DNA of 64,000 nucleotides from Cytophagales bacterium (GCA_030054145.1 JASGCK010000011.1:3684-67683); one strand, 5' to 3'; positions 22,569 through 36,081 are shown, counted from the stretch's first letter. The notes: a model not told the origin generated them from the sequence alone. Translations and numbers: made by a program.

Positions 22569-24050
22569 TTAGCGCGGCAAATCGGATGCCCCCATTAAAA
22601 ACTCATCCACCGCGCGTGCAGCTTGGCGACCTTCGCGGATGGCCCACACCACAAGCGATTGCCCACGGCGCATATCGCCAGCGGCAAACACGCCTGCCAC
22701 ATTCGTTTTGTAGCCGCCGTCAAACTCGGTGGATGCTTTCGCATTGCCGCGTGCGTCTTTGTCCACGCCAAAGGCTTCTAAAACGGTAGCCACGGGATTG
22801 ACAAAGCCCATTGCGAGCAGAACGAGGTCGGCTTTGTAGGTTTGCTCAGATCCCGCCACTTCCACCATCTTGCCGTCTTTCATCTCGATACGCACCGTCG
22901 TCAGCTCAGTGACTTGGCCATCTTTGCCACTAAATGACTTGGTTGAAATCGCAAACTCGCGATCCAGCAGCCCCTTTTCTATGCCTTCGTCGTGGCTGGA
23001 GCTAGTGCGTAATTTGAGTGGCCAATACGGCCACGTCATGGGGCGATTTTCTACTTCGGGCGGCTGGGGCATCACTTCAAATTGCGTGACCGATTGTGCG
23101 CCGTGCCGAATGCTCGTGCCCACGCAGTCGCTACCCGTGTCGCCGCCGCCAATCACGATCACGTGTTTGCCATCGGCGCGGAGTTGATCTTTGAGTTTGT
23201 CGCCCGTATTGACCTTGTTTTGCTGCGGCAAAAACTCCATCGCAAAATGAATCCCCGCAAGCTCGCGTCCAGGCACAGGCAGATCACGCGACTGCTCTGC
23301 GCCGCCTGTGAGCAGCACCGCGTCAAAATCTTTTTTGAGTTGCTCGGCGCTGATAGTTTCTTTGGCCCAGTTCGTGACTTTGCTGTCTTTGGGGAAGCTG
23401 CCTATCAAAACACGGGTGCGAATCGTCACGCCCTCAGCCGTCATTTGCTCCACGCGGCGGTCGATGTGCGACTTCTCCATTTTGAAATCAGGAATGCCAT
23501 AACGCAGCAAGCCGCCTACGCGGTCGTTCTTTTCAAACAAAGTGACATCGTGACCAGCACGCGCCAATTGCTGCGCGGCCGCCATGCCCGCAGGGCCTGA
23601 GCCGACAATCGCAATCTTCTTCCCCGTCTTGTGCTTGGCGATTTGCGGCGTAACCCAGCCCTCTTGCCAAGCCTTGTCGATGATGGCGTGTTCAATCGAC
23701 TTGATGCCAACCGCGTCGTCGTTGACGTTGAGCGTGCAAGCCGCCTCGCAAGGCGCAGGACAGATGCGCCCCGTGAACTCAGGGAAGTTGTTCGTGCTGT
23801 GCAACACCGTGATCGCGTTCTTCCAATCGCCTTGGTACACGAGGTCGTTGAAATCAGGAATGATGTTGTTGACAGGGCAACCGTTATTGCAAAACGGCGT
23901 GCCGCAATCCATACAGCGTGCGGCTTGCAGCTTCGATCCCGCCTCGTCGAGGCCGATAACAAACTCTTTGTAATGCTTGAGCCGCTCTGGCACTGGCTTG
24001 TAGCCCTCTTCCAAGCGTTCGATTTCCATGAATCCTGTGATTTTTCCCAT
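22569..24050 (-). CDS. gltD: glutamate synthase small subunit
   Basis: 493 aa with the Fe-S Cys cluster '[14 protein letters not shown]' and the dinucleotide fold '[14 protein letters not shown]'. Confidence 0.95.
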   Translation of the reverse strand: MGKITGFMEIERLEEGYKPVPERLKHYKEFVIGLDEAGSKLQAARCMDCGTPFCNNGCPVNNIIPDFNDLVYQGDWKNAITVLHSTNNFPEFTGRICPAPCEAACTLNVNDDAVGIKSIEHAIIDKAWQEGWVTPQIAKHKTGKKIAIVGSGPAGMAAAQQLARAGHDVTLFEKNDRVGGLLRYGIPDFKMEKSHIDRRVEQMTAEGVTIRTRVLIGSFPKDSKVTNWAKETISAEQLKKDFDAVLLTGGAEQSRDLPVPGRELAGIHFAMEFLPQQNKVNTGDKLKDQLRADGKHVIVIGGGDTGSDCVGTSIRHGAQSVTQFEVMPQPPEVENRPMTWPYWPLKLRTSSSHDEGIEKGLLDREFAISTKSFSGKDGQVTELTTVRIEMKDGKMVEVAGSEQTYKADLVLLAMGFVNPVATVLEAFGVDKDARGNAKASTEFDGGYKTNVAGVFAAGDMRRGQSLVVWAIREGRQAARAVDEFLMGASDLPR

Positions 24051-24053
24051 GAT

Positions 24054-25169
24054 TTACTCTTCCTTAAATGTCAGTTTTTGATTGCTATAAAAATCTTCAA
24101 TCGCTTGGCGCTCGCGCAAAAGCTCGGTGCGCAACTCCTCTTCGGTTGGCAGTGCCAGCTTGTACTTACTGGCAAACAGTTGCTCGCTGCCGTGCAGCAC
24201 AGAATAACGAACCACCGCCTCGTCCTTGTGCGAACACAAAATAATGCCCAGCGTCGGGTTATCGGTTGCGTCCCGCTTTAGGTCGTCAAACATCCGCACA
24301 TACATATCCATTTGCCCAATGTCTTGGTGCGTGAGCTTGGTGGTCTTCAGTTCAAACAATATGAAGCACTTGAGCACGTAATGGTAGAAAACCAAATCAA
24401 TATAAAAATCTTGCGACTCCGTGCTGATGCGCTGCTGCCTGCCAATAAACGAAAAACCGCGCCCCAGCTCTAGTAAAAAGCTTTGCAGTTTGTCCATTAA
24501 AGCGGCTTCTAGGTTTGATTCCAGCAGCTTGCCCGTCTCAGGCAAACCTAAAAACTCAAGCATTACGGGATCGTGGATAAGGCTGCGGGGTAGCGCCGCC
24601 ATAGCACCTGCACTCGTTTTTTTCAAAGCTTCAGCCCGCACCGCCTGTTTGTCCGCACTAAGCACAAGGCGGTCGTAATACAAGGTGCTAATTTGACGGT
24701 CAAGCGCGCGAACACTCCAGTTTTGCTTAACCGCTTCCGCTAAATACCAAAGCCGCGCAGCTTCACTTTCGACACGTACAAGCGTGCGGTAATGCGACCA
24801 ACTCAATTCGTGACACACTGTGTCACGAATTGGAAAAGCCCTAAAAAATCCACGCATATAACGCAAATTGGATTCATCAAAACCTTTACCAAACTCTTCA
24901 GTTAAAGCTTTTGACAAGATAACAAGTAATTGTTTTCCATACAAAGCACGCGCCTCGCCCGCCTGCTCAAACTCCACAATATGCCGCCCAATTTCCCAGC
25001 AAGTTTGCACCTGCACCATATCCACAGCCCGCAAGGCGCGTTGCCTGCCGACTTGAATAAGCTCCCGCAACGCATCGATGAGCGTGGCGGGGGCTGAGAG
25101 GGTGGTGATGGTGTTGGTCACAGTAGTAAAAATAAATGGTAGTTTTGAATTCGCGACGCAGTGCGTCAC
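24054..25169 (-). CDS. DUF1016/YhcG-family PD-(D/E)XK nuclease-like protein
   Basis: N-terminal helical part 'VQTCWEIGRHIVEFEQAGEARALYGKQLL...GKGFDESNLRYMR' and a C-terminal nuclease-like core 'YIDLVFYHYVLKCFILFELK'. The start is uncertain: GTG 25169 (GTGA overlap with the cupin stop), GTG 25121 or TTG 25274. The stop lies 3 nt before the gltD ATG. Confidence 0.72.
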   Translation of the reverse strand: MTHCVANSKLPFIFTTVTNTITTLSAPATLIDALRELIQVGRQRALRAVDMVQVQTCWEIGRHIVEFEQAGEARALYGKQLLVILSKALTEEFGKGFDESNLRYMRGFFRAFPIRDTVCHELSWSHYRTLVRVESEAARLWYLAEAVKQNWSVRALDRQISTLYYDRLVLSADKQAVRAEALKKTSAGAMAALPRSLIHDPVMLEFLGLPETGKLLESNLEAALMDKLQSFLLELGRGFSFIGRQQRISTESQDFYIDLVFYHYVLKCFILFELKTTKLTHQDIGQMDMYVRMFDDLKRDATDNPTLGIILCSHKDEAVVRYSVLHGSEQLFASKYKLALPTEEELRTELLRERQAIEDFYSNQKLTFKEE

Positions 25170-25486
25170 GAATTGCGTTCTCCGCCTTTGGGTCCCCAAA
25201 ATACCACCCAAGTTACAAAATCCGAGGTGAAATTCAAAAACCGATGCTCCGCACCCGCAGGAACAAACAGGCAATCACCAGTCTGGCATTTTTCTGTAGT
25301 GCCAGCTAGATAGAAGTCGGCCTCTCCTGATTGCACAAAATAAAGTTCGTCTTGATCGTGTGGCTTTTGTGGGTCGCTTAACTTTGGGGCATAAAGTTCC
25401 ACCGACATTGAGCCGTGCGCTATGGCCTTGATAAATCGGACATCTGTAGGCAGATTGTTTAACAAAGGTTTCAAAGAAGCTTTCAT
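25166..25486 (-). CDS. cupin-domain protein
   Basis: ATG 25486 follows an AGGA RBS and gives 106 aa. Cupin motifs 'HDQDELYFVQSGEADF' and 'CLFVPAGAEHRF'. Confidence 0.7.
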   Translation of the reverse strand: MKASLKPLLNNLPTDVRFIKAIAHGSMSVELYAPKLSDPQKPHDQDELYFVQSGEADFYLAGTTEKCQTGDCLFVPAGAEHRFLNFTSDFVTWVVFWGPKGGERNS

Positions 25487-25538
25487 AGCAATTCCTGCCT
25501 TTCGCATCCGTTAATAGAGCCCAACTTGTTTGTCCAAT

Positions 25539-25673
25539 TCAATTGAGATTGTTGCCACAGTTTAGTAGCAAAGCAGCCGTGGCATCCACTTCAGCAGGCA
25601 TAAGCATGGCAAGCACCATACTGTTGTCTAGTATGGCAAGTCCCTGCGGCAGTGTTGAATAAGTTGCCACCAT
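25539..25673 (-). pseudogene. truncated PIN-domain (VapC-like) toxin remnant, 44 codons
   Basis: Not in the ORF track. The ATG shares a TAATG junction with the upstream zinc-finger antitoxin stop. The translation 'MVATYSTLPQGLAILDNSMVLAMLMPAEVDATAALLLNCGNNLN*' aligns with residues about 10-40 of the intact VapC at 26424..26852 ('LVVLDNSAALGLLLPDERGAESTAHLM'). Confidence 0.5.
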
Positions 25674-25999
25674 TACCACTTACGCCCATCGTCTTTAAGT
25701 CTCAAAATCTCAGATCGACTTAAGCGGGCACCGCCCTGCGATTGCAGTGCAGCGAGCGCTTTGATCGATTCAGCAATTTGTGCCTCGCGGTGCGATTCAA
25801 AACCTCCCTCAACGGGAATTGTTTTTTCAGCAGATGACAGAACACGACTCGTAACTTTACTCGTAAAGTAACTCTCCCCGCAGTTCTCGCACACCATTGC
25901 AGGCACATTCTTAAAAGCCACCACGCGGGCATCGCGTGCCAAAGTGAAAGTGGCGTGGGAGGAGCGGGTTTCACCCAGTTTGCAAATGACGCATTTCAT
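25673..25999 (-). CDS. YgiT/MqsA-type zinc-finger antitoxin with a VapB-like C-terminal tail
   Basis: ATG 25999 gives 108 aa. A CxxC...CxxC zinc ribbon ('MKCVICKLGE...MVCENCGESYF') and a C-terminal 45 aa similar to the Phd-type antitoxin at 26852..27121 (shared 'REAQI' and 'S..E......GRK[WY]' end). Confidence 0.62.
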   Translation of the reverse strand: MKCVICKLGETRSSHATFTLARDARVVAFKNVPAMVCENCGESYFTSKVTSRVLSSAEKTIPVEGGFESHREAQIAESIKALAALQSQGGARLSRSEILRLKDDGRKW

Positions 26000-26028
26000 A
26001 AAAGCTTCTTTTTGGTACTGAATATCAT

Positions 26029-26412
26029 CTATTGGCGGCAACTCATATCGCCTTCAACGCATTTTGTTCGTTGCTGCAACTCTTTTGTTCTTTGTATCGT
26101 TCGACCAGTTAAGCACATGACTCTCGCAACAGGGGCAAAACTTCCATCTTGAGGAGAAAAAAACTTGCAGTCCAAGTCTCTAAATTTAATCCATGCCAAT
26201 TGAACTTCTTTGAGTTGCGTTTGTGCAGTCGCGTCAAGGATTGCTTTGTACTCGTTGTAAACACCATTTAGTTGCGAGTTTGCTTTCTTAAGTTCGATAT
26301 CAGCACACTGCTGCATGTCAAGTGTGGTGTTTTGGTTTTTGCAGTTTTGTGCAAACGATGCACTTACCCAGAGCAAGAGAGATACGAGTAGAGAGTATTT
26401 TAAAAATTTCAT
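26029..26412 (-). CDS. LprI-family (DUF1311) secreted protein
   Basis: 127 aa with signal peptide 'MKFLKYSLLVSLLLWVSASFA'. DUF1311 pattern 'T.DM..C...ELKKAN..LN..Y' plus 'LAWIKFRDLDC'. Confidence 0.72.
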   Translation of the reverse strand: MKFLKYSLLVSLLLWVSASFAQNCKNQNTTLDMQQCADIELKKANSQLNGVYNEYKAILDATAQTQLKEVQLAWIKFRDLDCKFFSPQDGSFAPVARVMCLTGRTIQRTKELQQRTKCVEGDMSCRQ

Positions 26413-26423
26413 TGAATGACTCT

Positions 26424-26852
26424 CTAAATGAGTTCAATCGCAGATGCAATCGCCGCCGCTTTAAGTTGCTTATCACTCGTAGCCAGCTTGGCATTCAACC
26501 GAACCGCCAATTCCAAATACGCCGCGTCATAACCCGTCAGGCCTGAGCTTTGAGCCGTGCGCACTAGCACTTCGGGGCTTTGCTCGTCATCTAAAACTCG
26601 GATATCCAGATTTTTTATTTCTGCATACATCCAAGTTAAGTCGTCTTTTTCAATTCGCCCACGGCGTAGCGCCATATTGAGAGCATTGGCAATTTCGTAC
26701 CGCCAAAGCGCGGGGGCAATGAATTGCACGTAGGGCGCTTGCGCCATCAGATGTGCTGTGCTTTCAGCACCGCGCTCGTCGGGCAGCAACAGCCCCAGCG
26801 CCGCACTGTTATCAAGCACAACGAGAGACTTCGAACGTGGCGCAGTTGCCAT
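26424..26852 (-). CDS. vapC: PIN-domain ribonuclease toxin VapC
   Basis: 142 aa with acidic PIN residues in 'VLDNSAAL', 'YEIANAL', 'GYDAAYLELA' and 'LATSDKQL'. TAATG junction with the upstream antitoxin. Confidence 0.85.
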   Translation of the reverse strand: MATAPRSKSLVVLDNSAALGLLLPDERGAESTAHLMAQAPYVQFIAPALWRYEIANALNMALRRGRIEKDDLTWMYAEIKNLDIRVLDDEQSPEVLVRTAQSSGLTGYDAAYLELAVRLNAKLATSDKQLKAAAIASAIELI

Positions 26853-27121
26853 TAGTATTTACGCCCTTCGTTAATCCATTCTTTCCATTCGGCTTGGCTG
26901 ACGCGGGGTGTTTTAGGATCGGCATGACGCGCTTTGATACGCTCAATCGCTGCTCGAATCTGTGCTTCCCGAGGGTCTTCTTGCATGGACTCTAGCGGAG
27001 GTGAAATTCTCGCTACTGGTTTCCCGTGGCTAGTCACAGTGAAACTTTCTCCAGCGGTCGCCCGTTGGATGTAGCTCGAAAAATGCGTCCTTGCTTCGTA
27101 AACGGATAGTCGTGCTTCCAT
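26852..27121 (-). CDS. Phd/YefM-type antitoxin (VapC partner)
   Basis: 89 aa. The N-terminal 'LSVYEARTHFSSYIQRATAGESFTVTSHGKPVARI' is typical of Phd/YefM. The tail is charged. Its stop overlaps the vapC ATG. Confidence 0.8.
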   Translation of the reverse strand: MEARLSVYEARTHFSSYIQRATAGESFTVTSHGKPVARISPPLESMQEDPREAQIRAAIERIKARHADPKTPRVSQAEWKEWINEGRKY

Positions 27122-27132
27122 GATGAAATCCT

Positions 27133-27163
27133 ATTTGACTAGAATTTTTATATTTTAGTCAAA

Positions 27164-27164
<1 letters not shown>
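27133..27164 (-). promoter_or_regulatory. perfect 9-bp inverted repeat, candidate TA operator
   Basis: 'ATTTGACTA'-N14-'TAGTCAAAT' lies 12-43 nt upstream of the antitoxin ATG (27121) in a very AT-rich spacer. Its distal end overlaps the gltB stop codon. Confidence 0.4.
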
Positions 27165-31909
<4,745 letters not shown>

Positions 31910-31962
31910 GGCAACACCTCGTAAAAATCAGTAGTTACCCGATAATAAAGATTTTTTAAGGC

Positions 31963-32039
31963 AATTAATTGGGGACAGACCCTAATTAAATGATGTCGCC
32001 AAAGGCGAGCATTTAATTAGGGTCTGTCCCCAATTAATT
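31963..32039. repeat. REP family 1 inverted pair (perfect 30-bp arms)
   Basis: 'AATTAATTGGGGACAGACCCTAATTAAATG' (31963-31992) and its exact reverse complement (32010-32039) flank a 17-nt loop. The right arm contains the stop codon of the tyrosine transposase. Confidence 0.85.
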
Positions 32040-32723
32040 GCCGCGTGCAGGCCGTCCCGCGTTTTGTTTGATGACGCGTCTTGGCGTGGATGCTTGAATT
32101 TCGGCGGTAAAGGATTCGTCCCCTAGCGCCCAGCCTTTGAATGCGGATTCGGTAAGCAGTTTTTGTTGGTCTTGGCTAATACCTGCTAGCACCAACTCCC
32201 GATAAGCCCGTTCGCGCGAAAACGGCGTATTCCCCAGCGTCCACATCAGTTTGTGAGCAGTCACTAGCGGCTGCAGCTGCTGTCCGATATAGTGCCGATG
32301 CGTTGACCAAGCGTAATTGGCAGGGTCAGTTACCATGCCAGCGCGGACAGGATTGAGGTCAATATACGCCATGCACGCCAGTAAATAACGATCCGACTGC
32401 ACCACGGTCGATTTGTAACGCCCCTCCCACAAGGTGCCCGTATGCTTATGAAAGTAGTTGTAGCTTTGGGTATAGCGCTGCGCCAGTGACTGCATGAAGC
32501 CAGAGAGCGCTTGCTCCGTACTAGGCGTGAGCAGCAAGTGCGTGTGATTGTCCATCAGCACAAAAGCGTGAATAGCGACATCGAATTTCTGTGCGTACTC
32601 TGCCAGCCAAGCCAAATAAGCCTTGCGGTCTTCGTCGGTGTGAAAAATAACCTGCCGATTGTTCCCGCGCTGGATGATGTGATGCGGATAACCCGCAACA
32701 GAAAGCCGAGGTTGCCTAGCCAT
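32034..32723 (-). CDS. REP-associated tyrosine transposase (RAYT; IS200/IS605 Y1 family)
   Basis: 229 aa with 'YPHHIIQRGNNRQVIF', the HUH motif 'DNHTHLLL' and the catalytic Tyr region 'YIDLNPVRAGMV'. REP copies flank it on both sides. Confidence 0.85.
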   Translation of the reverse strand: MARQPRLSVAGYPHHIIQRGNNRQVIFHTDEDRKAYLAWLAEYAQKFDVAIHAFVLMDNHTHLLLTPSTEQALSGFMQSLAQRYTQSYNYFHKHTGTLWEGRYKSTVVQSDRYLLACMAYIDLNPVRAGMVTDPANYAWSTHRHYIGQQLQPLVTAHKLMWTLGNTPFSRERAYRELVLAGISQDQQKLLTESAFKGWALGDESFTAEIQASTPRRVIKQNAGRPARGN

Positions 32724-32733
32724 GCTTGCTCCA

Positions 32734-32760
32734 AATAATTAGGGTCTGTCCCCAATTATT
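32734..32760. repeat. REP family 1, single copy
   Basis: 'AATAATTAGGGTCTGTCCCCAATTATT' lies between the RAYT start and the aroB stop. The aroB stop codon lies inside it. Confidence 0.75.
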
Positions 32761-33859
32761 TTAGCGCCGCAATCACCATGTCGTTGGGGGCGGCTTGTAC
32801 CTTGGCGTGTCCCAGTTTGTCGATAACGACGAATTTAATTTGTCCGCCTGCCGCTTTTTTATCCACACTCATGTGGTGAATGTAGTCATCGGCTGACATA
32901 GACGCGGGTCCTACCGTAGGCAAGCCCGCGCGAGTTATTAACCGCGTCACGCGCTCTACAAACGCATGATCGACATACCCCAAGCTTTGCGATAACCGTG
33001 CCGCCATTACCATGCCGCAACCCACCGCCTCGCCGTGTAGCCATACGCCAAAACCCAGTCCCGCCTCAATGGCGTGACCGAAGGTGTGCCCAAAGTTGAG
33101 CGTTGCCCGAATGCCACTCAATCCCTCGCGCTCATCCAAACTCACCACGCGCGCCTTGATTTCGCAGCTACGCCTTACAGCATAAGCCAAAGCAGGCACA
33201 TCACCCCGCAAAAGCCCGTCCATATTGGCTTCCAGCCATTCAAAGAACGCCCAATCTGCCATGATGCCATGCTTGATCACTTCGGCAAGGCCTGCCGAGA
33301 GTTCTCGCCCAGGCAGCGTTGCCAATGTGCCGATGTCTGATACCACCAGCGCAGGCTGATAAAACGCGCCAATCATGTTTTTACCAATTGGGTGATTGAT
33401 GGCGGTTTTGCCGCCAACCGACGAATCCACCTGCGACAGCAGGGTTGTGGGCACTTGTACAAACGGCACGCCGCGCATATAGGCACTGGCCGCAAAGCCC
33501 GTCATGTCGCCAATCACCCCGCCGCCCAGCGCAAACAAAACTGTTTGGCGGTCGCAGCCATTTTGCAGCAGTGCATCAAAAATCAGGTTTAGCGTTTGCC
33601 AATCTTTGTATGCTTCGCCGTCAGGCAAAATGACCTGTAACACCCGCTGGTATTGACCTGCAAGCGCACTCGCCAATTGCGCGGCATAGAGCGGCGCGAC
33701 GGCGGTGTTGCTCACAATCATGGCGGCGTTGGCTTTGGGTAGCGCGGCATAAGTCGCTGGACTGCCCAGTAACGCCTCGCCAATGACGATGTTGTAACTG
33801 CGCTCGCCCATGTCGATATCGACAATGTCAGGCAAGGTATTGGGGGAATTAGATGACAC
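32756..33859 (-). CDS. aroB: 3-dehydroquinate synthase
   Basis: 367 aa (GTG start) with '[10 protein letters not shown]', '[13 protein letters not shown]' and '[12 protein letters not shown]'. Confidence 0.93.
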   Translation of the reverse strand: MSSNSPNTLPDIVDIDMGERSYNIVIGEALLGSPATYAALPKANAAMIVSNTAVAPLYAAQLASALAGQYQRVLQVILPDGEAYKDWQTLNLIFDALLQNGCDRQTVLFALGGGVIGDMTGFAASAYMRGVPFVQVPTTLLSQVDSSVGGKTAINHPIGKNMIGAFYQPALVVSDIGTLATLPGRELSAGLAEVIKHGIMADWAFFEWLEANMDGLLRGDVPALAYAVRRSCEIKARVVSLDEREGLSGIRATLNFGHTFGHAIEAGLGFGVWLHGEAVGCGMVMAARLSQSLGYVDHAFVERVTRLITRAGLPTVGPASMSADDYIHHMSVDKKAAGGQIKFVVIDKLGHAKVQAAPNDMVIAALK

Positions 33860-34385
33860 CTGTGAGCTCCAATTTCGATTGAATTTGATGGATGAGATGG
33901 CTCATCGACGGACGTGATGTTTCATACGTATCGTGCGCCGTCTCAAGGTACAGCGGATGCCGCGTGGCGTACAAATCGCGTAGCTTGGCGAGCGGATCAC
34001 TCACCTGCAAAAGCGGGCGCGTGCCATCGTGCCGAATGCGGCGATACAGCTCCTCTGGCGTGGCTTTGAGGTAAATGCAGTGCGAGCGCGTATTCAAATG
34101 TTCGCGGTTTGCCAGCCGCCCGCAAGCACCGCCGCCCGTTGACAAAATCGCGTTATTTTTGAGCGTCAACTCTTCGATGACTGATTCTTCTAAATCACGA
34201 AAACGCTGCTCGCCCTCTTGCTCAAAAAACGTGCGCAGCGAATAGCCTAAGCGCTCCTCGATGACGTGATCGGTATCAAAAAAATCGAGTTTCAAGCGGC
34301 GTGACAAAGCCCGCCCCAAAGTCGTTTTGCCACTACCCATTAAGCCGACGAAAGAAATAAGCACGAGGGAAATTCCGAAAAACAA
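33849..34385 (-). CDS. aroK: shikimate kinase
   Basis: P-loop 'GLMGSGKTT' and 'LSTGGG'. The longest ORF starts at TTG 34385. GTG 34364 ('[14 protein letters not shown]') is an equally plausible start. Confidence 0.88.
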   Translation of the reverse strand: MFFGISLVLISFVGLMGSGKTTLGRALSRRLKLDFFDTDHVIEERLGYSLRTFFEQEGEQRFRDLEESVIEELTLKNNAILSTGGGACGRLANREHLNTRSHCIYLKATPEELYRRIRHDGTRPLLQVSDPLAKLRDLYATRHPLYLETAHDTYETSRPSMSHLIHQIQSKLELTGVI

Positions 34386-34426
34386 ATGTCACACAGCGCA
34401 ACACCGTAAGCGGCAATTATCCCCGC

Positions 34427-35155
34427 TCAAAACAACCAAGCCCCCGCGCAGTTGGCGTTGCCTGTAGAAGTCCATGTGTTGGCTACGACACCTGGCACCG
34501 TCATGCCTGCGCAATTGGCGGTCGTATCCGCGCCGTCCGAGGTGCTTTGCCGAAACAAGCCCGTGTACGGCACACCGTCATCGGCCTTTTGATCGACTTG
34601 TTGCAAGATAGCGGCGGTGACCTTCGAGCCCGTGGTCAGCACATTGCGATCAGGCATGGCGGTGGTGAGCTTGTCGTACCAATACACGCCCGTTGCTGAT
34701 GCGGCTACCGTACCAAATTGCAGTGATTGGCTGTACGAGTTAATGGGTGAGTTCCCCGTTGTAGCGGCGGCATTGCCGGTCACACTCATGCAGCTTGCGC
34801 ACGATAAAAAGCTGGTCGCCGTCAAATTTTGAAACACCAAAACCGACTCGCTATTGATGTCAATCCTGCCGTCACCACTGACAACTGAGCCACTTGTCGT
34901 CGAGGCAACAACGCCACTACCAACAAACGAAGCTTGCGCGGCGGTTAAATCCCCCGACATGAGTTGGTAGCGATTTGAAAAACCAAGATAGGCCGTTTGG
35001 ATGCTGCTCTTTTGGTCAATGATGTGGCGCGCCTTCGCTGAGTTAATCAGCTCTTGACCGCGCAGTACACCCGTCACAACCAAGGTGAAGATGACGAGAA
35101 CAATAGCAAGCTCAACCAAGGTAAAGCCGCGAGCGATGCGGCGTTTCATGGCCAT
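34427..35155 (-). CDS. prepilin-type protein, paralog of the two tandem pilins at 46400..48034
   Basis: Leader 'MAMKRRIARG|FTLVELAIVLVIF' with G-1/F+1/E+5. It shares 'LRGQELINSA', 'SC.SCM', 'DQKADDGVPYTG' and a C-terminal Cys...Cys loop with the other two. An alternative ATG at 35149 gives an ATGA overlap. Confidence 0.75.
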   Translation of the reverse strand: MAMKRRIARGFTLVELAIVLVIFTLVVTGVLRGQELINSAKARHIIDQKSSIQTAYLGFSNRYQLMSGDLTAAQASFVGSGVVASTTSGSVVSGDGRIDINSESVLVFQNLTATSFLSCASCMSVTGNAAATTGNSPINSYSQSLQFGTVAASATGVYWYDKLTTAMPDRNVLTTGSKVTAAILQQVDQKADDGVPYTGLFRQSTSDGADTTANCAGMTVPGVVANTWTSTGNANCAGAWLF

Positions 35156-36081
35156 ACTCCTGCGTTGAGCATTTTGGCGGCGAGGGTTGTGGATGACATA
35201 AAGCTCATCAAGTCGTCGTATTCGCCCGTGTTGCTGCTGGCATCTGTTCGTGCGCGCATCACAAACATACGGCGATTAGCGGCGGTTGCGGTCACTCCTG
35301 TTAGTCGTTCGGTTGCATTGACCGTTTGATCGGGTGGTGCATTGCTAGCTGGGAAGGCTTTTGTGACAGAAACGTTATTGATACTGGTTGCGCCATAAGC
35401 ATTTGCGCCCATGGAATACACCACAAAAACAGCGTTGGTACTAACTGAGTAGGCGGGTGATGTGGTGGATGAACACCCTAGCGCGGCTGTCGTGCTGGTC
35501 GTTGTTGCCGGGTTGCCGCAACGGATATCGAGTTGATAAGTATTAGTGCAGCCAAGATTGGTCAAGCCAAAATTGCCACCACAAACATTTACCGAGCCTA
35601 CCTTCTTGCCTACCTGCGTGGTGAGCGGTGTAAATACCGCGTAGCGCAGTCTATTGCTCCAAGCGTCCGCGTTACTAGGGGCGGATAACCCCAGCGTTTG
35701 CCACGGCAGATCACCCCAGCTAGCTTCTTCTGGGTCGGAGTGGTAGTTGGCGGCAGTTGATGCTGTCCCCGCAATGCCTATGCTGCAACCATCAATAAAG
35801 GTAGTTCCGCTCACGGTCGTTGTATGAACATCCTCTATGCCATCACGGTTATCACTTGCAACCGTGTTTGTATTCATATCTGGGCAAGGCAGGCGGCGAT
35901 TTAAGGCAGCAAATCCCACCAATGCCTCAACGGCTCTATCGATATTGTTTTGCGTGTCGGTGTATTGTTGTTCAACAAGGCGTTTACTCATGGGGACGGC
36001 TAGTCCGCCAATGACGAGGGCGACGATAGTCAGCGCTACCGCCAATTCAATCAAGGTGAAGCCACGAGATTGATGAGTCAT
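35146..36081 (-). CDS. minor pilin-like prepilin protein
   Basis: 311 aa with 'MTHQSRG|FTLIELAVALTIVALVIGG'. It shares an 'RRLPCPD' motif with the upstream 514-aa protein. Confidence 0.7.
   Translation of the reverse strand: MTHQSRGFTLIELAVALTIVALVIGGLAVPMSKRLVEQQYTDTQNNIDRAVEALVGFAALNRRLPCPDMNTNTVASDNRDGIEDVHTTTVSGTTFIDGCSIGIAGTASTAANYHSDPEEASWGDLPWQTLGLSAPSNADAWSNRLRYAVFTPLTTQVGKKVGSVNVCGGNFGLTNLGCTNTYQLDIRCGNPATTTSTTAALGCSSTTSPAYSVSTNAVFVVYSMGANAYGATSINNVSVTKAFPASNAPPDQTVNATERLTGVTATAANRRMFVMRARTDASSNTGEYDDLMSFMSSTTLAAKMLNAGVWP

Noticed and set aside
24054-25274. The full-length 406-aa version of the DUF1016 ORF, starting at TTG 25274.
   Set aside because: It would overlap the cupin gene by 109 nt and add a Cys-rich, non-homologous N-terminus. 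In-frame GTG starts at 25169 (GTGA coupling) or 25121 fit family lengths better.
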